61,244 nt of DNA from a virus (taxonomy: Duplodnaviria; Caudoviricetes), in the IMG/VR virus record IMGVR_UViG_3300021335_001271, positions 1-61,244 of that record, one strand, 5' to 3'. The position numbers were made by a program, and so were the translations under genes. The notes below the pieces were generated by a model. The model saw nothing but the letters and a program-made list of their open reading frames with translations. It did no database searches and had not been told where the DNA came from. Positions 55,635 to 61,244 of this stretch are shown in pieces. Position 1 is the first letter of the stretch; each line of letters opens with the position of its first letter.

Positions 55635-56449
55635 TGGACTACAATGCACTACAACACAAACTGTTTGCTATGGATCCTACCGATCCAAAAGAAGATTTAG
55701 CAAAACTACGAGCACAAGCAGGTGGCAATGCTCCAGCGCCTGCACCACAAGTTGACTATATCGCAGAAAGTGCTAGTGTGCCAGAAGGTTCATTACAAAT
55801 GGATAGAGACTACAGTGTAAGCGACTTTGCTGCACTTGCTGGTATTCGTTTAGATGAAAAACAAAAAATGGGCAGTGCAGGACAAGCAAAAGGCAAGGAT
55901 CCTATGCCTAGCACAAGCAAACCTAGTCGTACTGGCGAACAACCGCATCCATTGAAAGACAAACTTGTAGGTGAAGATGTTCCCGGAATGCGCCCATTTA
56001 AGGCTGCACCTCCTAACCCAAAAAGTGCGCCGCCAGATAAAGCACTCGGTATGACACCTCCAGGTGCAGATTTTGGCAAAACTGCTAAAAGTGTAGATGA
56101 TCATTTCCAAACTAAATTCATGTCAGACTTAGTCAAAGCATTTTATCGTGCTATTGGTAGATTAAAGCCTGATGCAGATCCACAAGATATCAAAAAAGCA
56201 GCACAAGCAGCAGCAAATAGTATGCAAGAATCAATGTATGAGCGTAGTCTAACCAAAGGCGAAGAAAAGAAAAAAGAAAAGTACGTCAAAGGTATGAAGA
56301 AAAACGCAGGCGACTTTAAAAAACGTTACGGTGATGATGCCGAAGCAGTAATGTATGCCACTGCAACAAAAAATGCAAAAAACGAATCTAGTATTGACAG
56401 TATTAAAGATCAATTATATGCTGCATTAAACAAAAAAATGAGTGACTGA
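55634..56449 (+). CDS. Multi-module hypothetical protein
   Basis: ATG 55634 coupled to the upstream stop; F..LAGI and KKRYG....VMYATATK modules. Confidence 0.8.
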   Translation: MDYNALQHKLFAMDPTDPKEDLAKLRAQAGGNAPAPAPQVDYIAESASVPEGSLQMDRDYSVSDFAALAGIRLDEKQKMGSAGQAKGKDPMPSTSKPSRTGEQPHPLKDKLVGEDVPGMRPFKAAPPNPKSAPPDKALGMTPPGADFGKTAKSVDDHFQTKFMSDLVKAFYRAIGRLKPDADPQDIKKAAQAAANSMQESMYERSLTKGEEKKKEKYVKGMKKNAGDFKKRYGDDAEAVMYATATKNAKNESSIDSIKDQLYAALNKKMSD

Positions 56450-59139
56450 TGAAATTAACGGATCTAATATTTGAAAACACTGGAAGTTTAAAATCATTTA
56501 TGGGTGCTGTTCGCGGTAACATGGGCGATAGATTAGGTCCTCAAAACCCTGGAAATCCAGATGGAAGTACTGTCAAAGAAATACAAACACAACTTAAACG
56601 ACATCAGCTTCAAATTGCTAATCAACCACCAAATCCTAATCAAATAGCATGGGTAGGACCTGTAGATGGAAAATGGACTCCTGCACTAAGTGATGCTATT
56701 ATACAATGGAAAAAAAGTATTAATTTACAAGAGCCAAGTGCAAGACTAGATGTAACCACAGCAGAATTAAGTCCAAGAGCATTAGAATATCTAGTTGCAA
56801 AAAAATTATACACCGATACATCAGTAAAAGGATTATTATATAAAAGTGCAGGTGGTGATGCAGAACCAAAAGATTATAAAAAATTTGTTTGGAGTGGCAG
56901 AACTTTTGATGTAGGACATCAGATAAACACTCCAACTAGTGCAATCCAAAACACCAAAGACTTTTTATTAGCAATTGGAGAATCTGGTTGGATAGCAATA
57001 TTAGATGATTTTGTCAAAACCAAAGGTGTTAATTTATTTAAAGGAGATGCAAAAACTAGATCAGAAGCCAAAGCATTAGTTGCTTTAATGAAAGAAGTAG
57101 AAGCAGGACAAATGCGTCATCCTGTAATTTGGCTTAAGATATGGGAAGATAAAGTGCTCAAAAGAGAAGGCTTGAAAATGAAAGCTACTCTTCAGAGTGG
57201 TAACGAAATGCACTATTCTCCTAGACAGGCAGGCGGATACAAAGAATTTGGTAGTGTAAAAGAAGGTGCGCAACAATTATATAATTATTTTAGAGTGCTA
57301 GCCACAGGAATTCTAGCAAAATATAAAGAAGCCGTCGAAGCTGAATCTCCAGAAATAGATCCTAAAACAGGCGAACCAAAACCTCCTACAATGAACAGAC
57401 AAGAACAAAACACTTGGGCAATGGATATGCAAAAAGCCCTTTATGAAGGTTGGTGGGAATTTGTTCCAGTATTTGGAGATCCAAATGATGAGGCATCTGT
57501 TAGAGATCTAATGCTTCAAGTTAGATCAGCGGAAGAGTATGATATTCTAACTGCAAAGTATGCTGAAATATTTGACAGAGATTTAAATGAAGATTTAGTA
57601 AATGAATTAGATGAGGATAGTTATAATAATTTTGTTGTTAGAATTTTAAGTAGATTAAACAGAATTAGACCAAACTTACTACATGCTAGTATTCCATTTG
57701 GAACAGCAGATAAAATTACCGTAACATTGGATAATGTAAAATATACTGTTATGAAAGAGCTAGAGAATGGCAGTGTTGTTCAAGTCAAGTATAGATCACG
57801 TATGATAAAAAATGTTATTCTACAGGATGCAGTGTTAAAGGCAGCAATAGAACAACAAAATGGAACTATTCCAGATGTTATTTCTAAACCAGCAGATGAA
57901 TTCCTTGATGAAGCTGCACTTATTGTCATTGCCGCTGTTCAAGAAGAAGCAGCGTTTATGGTTCCATATTACACAGCATCTGAACCTTTTGATCAAATGA
58001 CTGATCCAACTATGGGTGTTAAAAGAATTAAAGGTTTGCAGGAAAATGCAGCAAGAATGTTACAAAGCGGTATGGATTATAATGGCGTATTTAAATACAT
58101 TATGGGCGAGTCTATTGAAGACGGAAAATGGTTGATATCAACAAAAACTGTACATTGGGATGCACAATGGAAAAATGTCAATAACAATATTGTTGGAAAA
58201 CTAGATGGTATATTAGATGATATAGAGGCTACTGATGAACAACGTGATTTAGTAAATAGATTACATAAAGAAGATACTAGAGAAGAAGCAATGGCAGAAA
58301 TACTTGCCGAAACAAATGTAAAAACATTTTATGAAGAAATTTATAGAATTTTTCCAGAACAACACAACAAACACTTTGACGAATATGTGTTGAATAACAA
58401 AACAGATCAAATAGTAGAGTATGTTGAAAAGGGTGCAGACTTTGAAGATCCTGCATTAAATAGTATTGTCAATGAAATTGGACTTGCATCTGCTGCACCT
58501 GCAATGACTGCTAGAACTTTTAAAAAGTCACTGCAAAGAGGATGGTGGAACATTACTAACAATGATGAAGATTTGGCCTTTGCACTAGTAACACAAATTC
58601 AAGAACCTTCTGATTATGCATTAGTAAATGAGTGGTATAAAAAACAAGGTGCAAGTGCTGCATTAATTGACGATATCGACGGAAGCGAATGGGCTTTAAT
58701 CGGAGAAGGTAAAGCTGTTGAGTTACTAAAGAGAAGACTCGGTATAAACACAGAATTAGCAAGAGCAGGATTTGATCCTCAATTTGAGAATCTAATTCAA
58801 AAAGCCAAAAATGATCCTAGTGAAGAAAATTTAACACCTTTGAAAACTGTAATCGAACGTAATAGAACTAATTTGTTTTCTGTTACAAAAGACGATAAAG
58901 TTGTATCATTATCAGAAGATAAGATTAAAATTTTCTATGGCGAATTGACAACTATGTCAAAATCTATTTTAAAAGATTCCCCAGAAGCAGAACTTTTATT
59001 TGAAATTTTAGATGCAATGGTAGTAGCTGTTCAAAACACACATGACAAATTAAATAAGCCAAGTCTACTGCCAAATGAAAGAGGCTTAAAAGCAGCCAAT
59101 GATGCTAGACTAAGAGCAGAAGAAGACTGGTTTGATTAA
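56449..59139 (+). CDS. Large putative internal/ejection protein with PG-binding-like and annexin-like repeats (896 aa)
   Basis: MKLTDLIFE start; VKEIQTQL...VDGKWTP...AI..W; two GWW...DE...Y....L..D repeats. Confidence 0.7.
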   Translation: MKLTDLIFENTGSLKSFMGAVRGNMGDRLGPQNPGNPDGSTVKEIQTQLKRHQLQIANQPPNPNQIAWVGPVDGKWTPALSDAIIQWKKSINLQEPSARLDVTTAELSPRALEYLVAKKLYTDTSVKGLLYKSAGGDAEPKDYKKFVWSGRTFDVGHQINTPTSAIQNTKDFLLAIGESGWIAILDDFVKTKGVNLFKGDAKTRSEAKALVALMKEVEAGQMRHPVIWLKIWEDKVLKREGLKMKATLQSGNEMHYSPRQAGGYKEFGSVKEGAQQLYNYFRVLATGILAKYKEAVEAESPEIDPKTGEPKPPTMNRQEQNTWAMDMQKALYEGWWEFVPVFGDPNDEASVRDLMLQVRSAEEYDILTAKYAEIFDRDLNEDLVNELDEDSYNNFVVRILSRLNRIRPNLLHASIPFGTADKITVTLDNVKYTVMKELENGSVVQVKYRSRMIKNVILQDAVLKAAIEQQNGTIPDVISKPADEFLDEAALIVIAAVQEEAAFMVPYYTASEPFDQMTDPTMGVKRIKGLQENAARMLQSGMDYNGVFKYIMGESIEDGKWLISTKTVHWDAQWKNVNNNIVGKLDGILDDIEATDEQRDLVNRLHKEDTREEAMAEILAETNVKTFYEEIYRIFPEQHNKHFDEYVLNNKTDQIVEYVEKGADFEDPALNSIVNEIGLASAAPAMTARTFKKSLQRGWWNITNNDEDLAFALVTQIQEPSDYALVNEWYKKQGASAALIDDIDGSEWALIGEGKAVELLKRRLGINTELARAGFDPQFENLIQKAKNDPSEENLTPLKTVIERNRTNLFSVTKDDKVVSLSEDKIKIFYGELTTMSKSILKDSPEAELLFEILDAMVVAVQNTHDKLNKPSLLPNERGLKAANDARLRAEEDWFD

Positions 59140-59639
59140 TGTTTAAAGATTCTATCAAGGACTGGATAGAAAACTTTTTATGCAAAGATAATCCAGCATT
59201 TAACAATATGCCTCCTTGCCCATTTGCTAAACAAGCAATGTTAGATGACAAAATACTTTACTTGGAACTACAACCTTTACACATTCCAATGGGCGATTAT
59301 TTTGTAGCAGAACTAGAAAACTTCAGCTATCATTGGCCTAAAGGTAAAGAAGTTGTTGTTATAGGCACAGATCCGCAATATATCTCAGCAGAAGAATTAT
59401 CACTAGCTGTAGAAGGTGCTATGGCACGTTTTTTAAAAGACAGAGGATATATTGCATTAGAAGATCATCCTGATGCAGAAGAAAAAGTACAAGACGTTTG
59501 TGTAAATCAAGGCAAATATGCTCTTGTGCTATTACAGGAACGTGATAAACTAAAACGTGCAAGAAATATTTTACAGAAACAAGACTACTATAAATACTGG
59601 ACACCCGAGTACTATGAAGAAGTAGTCAATGATATGTAG
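59139..59639 (+). CDS. DUF1415-like protein
   Basis: W...F......PCPFA...HP motif pattern. Confidence 0.55.
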   Translation: MFKDSIKDWIENFLCKDNPAFNNMPPCPFAKQAMLDDKILYLELQPLHIPMGDYFVAELENFSYHWPKGKEVVVIGTDPQYISAEELSLAVEGAMARFLKDRGYIALEDHPDAEEKVQDVCVNQGKYALVLLQERDKLKRARNILQKQDYYKYWTPEYYEEVVNDM

Positions 59640-60081
59640 AATCAACTTAACTAAGACAAACTACAAACAAATAGATTTTAAGTTATTAGGTAAAAATGAC
59701 TTTGCAAGTTGCGAACAAATATACAAACAATATATTGAACACAATGAAATAGAAAATCCACACCCTGTGTTTGAAGAAGAATGGAATCGCGAAGCAAAAT
59801 ACAATGCAGATGTACTAGGATACTACGATAAAGAAGATTTAGTTGCTTGGAGTTTAGTTTATAAATTTCCTAGCAAACAAACCATATTAGCAGATCAGTT
59901 TGCTTGGAACTATGAGAATCCTAAACTTAAACTAGGGTATCGCAGCATACGCAGCGAGTGTGCATACTACAAATCTAAAGCATACAAATACTTTATTTTA
60001 GGCGATCCTGATAAGTACAAAGAAGAACTGCAAGGTTATGAGATAATAGAAAGAGGTATGGATGGCATTTTTAGTGCATAG
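59629..60081 (+). CDS. Aminoacyl-tRNA-protein transferase (Bpt/ATE C-domain, GNAT-like)
   Basis: IYKQY; YYDKEDLVAWS; Y.NPKLKLG..S...E.......YKYFILG matches the ATE_C pattern. Confidence 0.6.
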   Translation: MICRINLTKTNYKQIDFKLLGKNDFASCEQIYKQYIEHNEIENPHPVFEEEWNREAKYNADVLGYYDKEDLVAWSLVYKFPSKQTILADQFAWNYENPKLKLGYRSIRSECAYYKSKAYKYFILGDPDKYKEELQGYEIIERGMDGIFSA

Positions 60082-60706
60082 TTTACCACTACAATCAGTT
60101 TATGTGCGTAAAGAGTTTTTATATGATCACGAACGTGGCCACGGAGAATTTACCCCAGGCATTTGGGTAAGCGTAAAAAGCATAGAAGCAAAAGCATTGT
60201 ATTTTGAAACACTATTAACAGACTATGGAGCATTATATGATAAACTACCTATCTCAGCATTTGTATGGAAAACTGACCACGGTGAACTACTTCCGCTTGA
60301 TGTTCTTCAGTTGTGGGATTGTTTTGATTACGACATCACCGTTATCCAAAAACCATTATTGTCACGATGCGAATTTTTTGGTAAAGACAGACGTATGCAT
60401 CCCGGTGAGTATTGCTTCACAATCGATAATTGTCACAGGGATACTTCCATCCTTGACACCAACTTCAGCGAACACGACCCTGAGCACAAATCATTTAATG
60501 TTATTAAACTGGACAACGGTCAATTCGCTGCTCAGCCTAACAATAGGGTTATCTGGCGTGATAGCTCCCTAACACCAGAAAACTTGCTAACACCAGACTT
60601 TAAAGTATGCACACAGAACTACAAAGTAGAAACAGAACCCAAGTGGAGCGTAGGGCATACTGAAGAATGGCAATATAAAACACTTGACGAAGAGTCAGAA
60701 ACATAG
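60062..60706 (+). CDS. Conserved-type hypothetical protein
   Basis: VRKEFLYD, LQLWDCF, EHKS, GQFAAQPNNR. Confidence 0.8.
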   Translation: MAFLVHSLPLQSVYVRKEFLYDHERGHGEFTPGIWVSVKSIEAKALYFETLLTDYGALYDKLPISAFVWKTDHGELLPLDVLQLWDCFDYDITVIQKPLLSRCEFFGKDRRMHPGEYCFTIDNCHRDTSILDTNFSEHDPEHKSFNVIKLDNGQFAAQPNNRVIWRDSSLTPENLLTPDFKVCTQNYKVETEPKWSVGHTEEWQYKTLDEESET

Positions 60707-60712
60707 TAATAT
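60684..60712 (+). promoter_or_regulatory. Sigma70-type promoter
   Basis: TTGACG, N17, TAATAT; SD AAGGAG follows. Confidence 0.7.
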
Positions 60713-60736
60713 TAACAGATAACTAAGGAGTAATAT

Positions 60737-61003
60737 ATGAGCGATCGTGTGTATGGCCCAGAAGAAAAGGCCAAACTAGAACGTCTTGTCCGTGAAGGCG
60801 TAACTGTATTACAAGAAATAGAAGATTTACAAGGCGGATTAAAAGAAACAATCAAAGCAGTTGCAGAAGAATTAAGTGTAAAACCAAGTTTGATCAACAA
60901 AGCAATTAAAGTAGCACAAAAACGTGACTGGAGTCGTGTTGCTGATGAATTTGAAGATTTAGAAACACTTGTTGCTACCACAGGATACGACAAAGACGCA
61001 TAA
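60737..61003 (+). CDS. T4 DsbA/GapR-like dsDNA-binding protein
   Basis: 88 aa, helical; EIEDL...LKE.I..VAEEL.VKP..INKAIK. Confidence 0.6.
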   Translation: MSDRVYGPEEKAKLERLVREGVTVLQEIEDLQGGLKETIKAVAEELSVKPSLINKAIKVAQKRDWSRVADEFEDLETLVATTGYDKDA

Positions 61004-61244
61004 TGTACCGTATATTTGACGGTGCATTTAACATCACCAACGTTTGTAATTTAACTTGCAGTGGTTGTGAAAGTTTTAATAATTTTAACTTTCGCAATCA
61101 CTTTCGTTTTGACGATTACAAAAACCTATACAAACGTTGGAGCGAACTGGTTAGTATAAATGTTGTTACTATACACGGTGGAGAACCATTTACCAATCCT
61201 GATATACTTAACTGGGCACGTGGTTTAAAAGAATTATGGCCCGA
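61003..61244 (+). CDS. Radical SAM protein, 3'-truncated by the window edge, not in the ORF track
   Basis: MYRIFDGAFNITNVCNLTCSGCESFNN...HGGEPFTNPD; paralogue of 31886 and 37096. Confidence 0.88.
   Translation, partial: MYRIFDGAFNITNVCNLTCSGCESFNNFNFRNHFRFDDYKNLYKRWSELVSINVVTIHGGEPFTNPDILNWARGLKELWP

Noticed and set aside
1-61244. tRNA/rRNA genes, integrase, transposase or stop-codon reassignment
   Set aside because: Intergenic gaps are short with no cloverleaf seen, no such protein motifs appear, and TAA, TAG and TGA all end well-formed genes.

Overview
The window is a densely coded, AT-rich segment of a large T4-like (myovirus-type) dsDNA phage genome. Nearly all genes are on the + strand. 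The style of fdxA, iscA, clpA and BI-1/YccA suggests an alphaproteobacterial host, which is an inference only. In order it holds: (1) an operon of three radical-SAM enzymes, three SGNH-like proteins and a degenerate adenylation-domain protein; (2) early genes including queD with a structured, preQ1-I-like pseudoknot leader, a glycosyltransferase, a PD-(D/E)XK nuclease plus DNA methyltransferase pair, uvsE and iscA; (3) a 17-kb baseplate/tail-fibre block; (4) a truncated DnaE, more radical-SAM genes (one B12-dependent), GroES, two MazG-like enzymes, BI-1, nitroreductase, an exonuclease, a clamp loader, ferredoxin, thyX and phoH; (5) a GH19 endolysin/spanin/holin-like lysis block; (6) dnaJ-def-clpA; (7) a 9-kb cluster of putative internal head proteins with T4-like capsid-targeting N-termini, one carrying annexin-like repeats; (8) a DUF1415-like plus aminoacyl-transferase (Bpt/ATE)-like pair, a DsbA-like gene and a seventh radical-SAM gene. 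Sigma70-type promoters (TTGAC-N16/17-TAnnnT) and late-type ATAAATA boxes are readable throughout, and several predict leaderless mRNAs. I saw no tRNA, rRNA, CRISPR array, integrase or transposase. All family assignments come from motif recognition by eye, not database searches.
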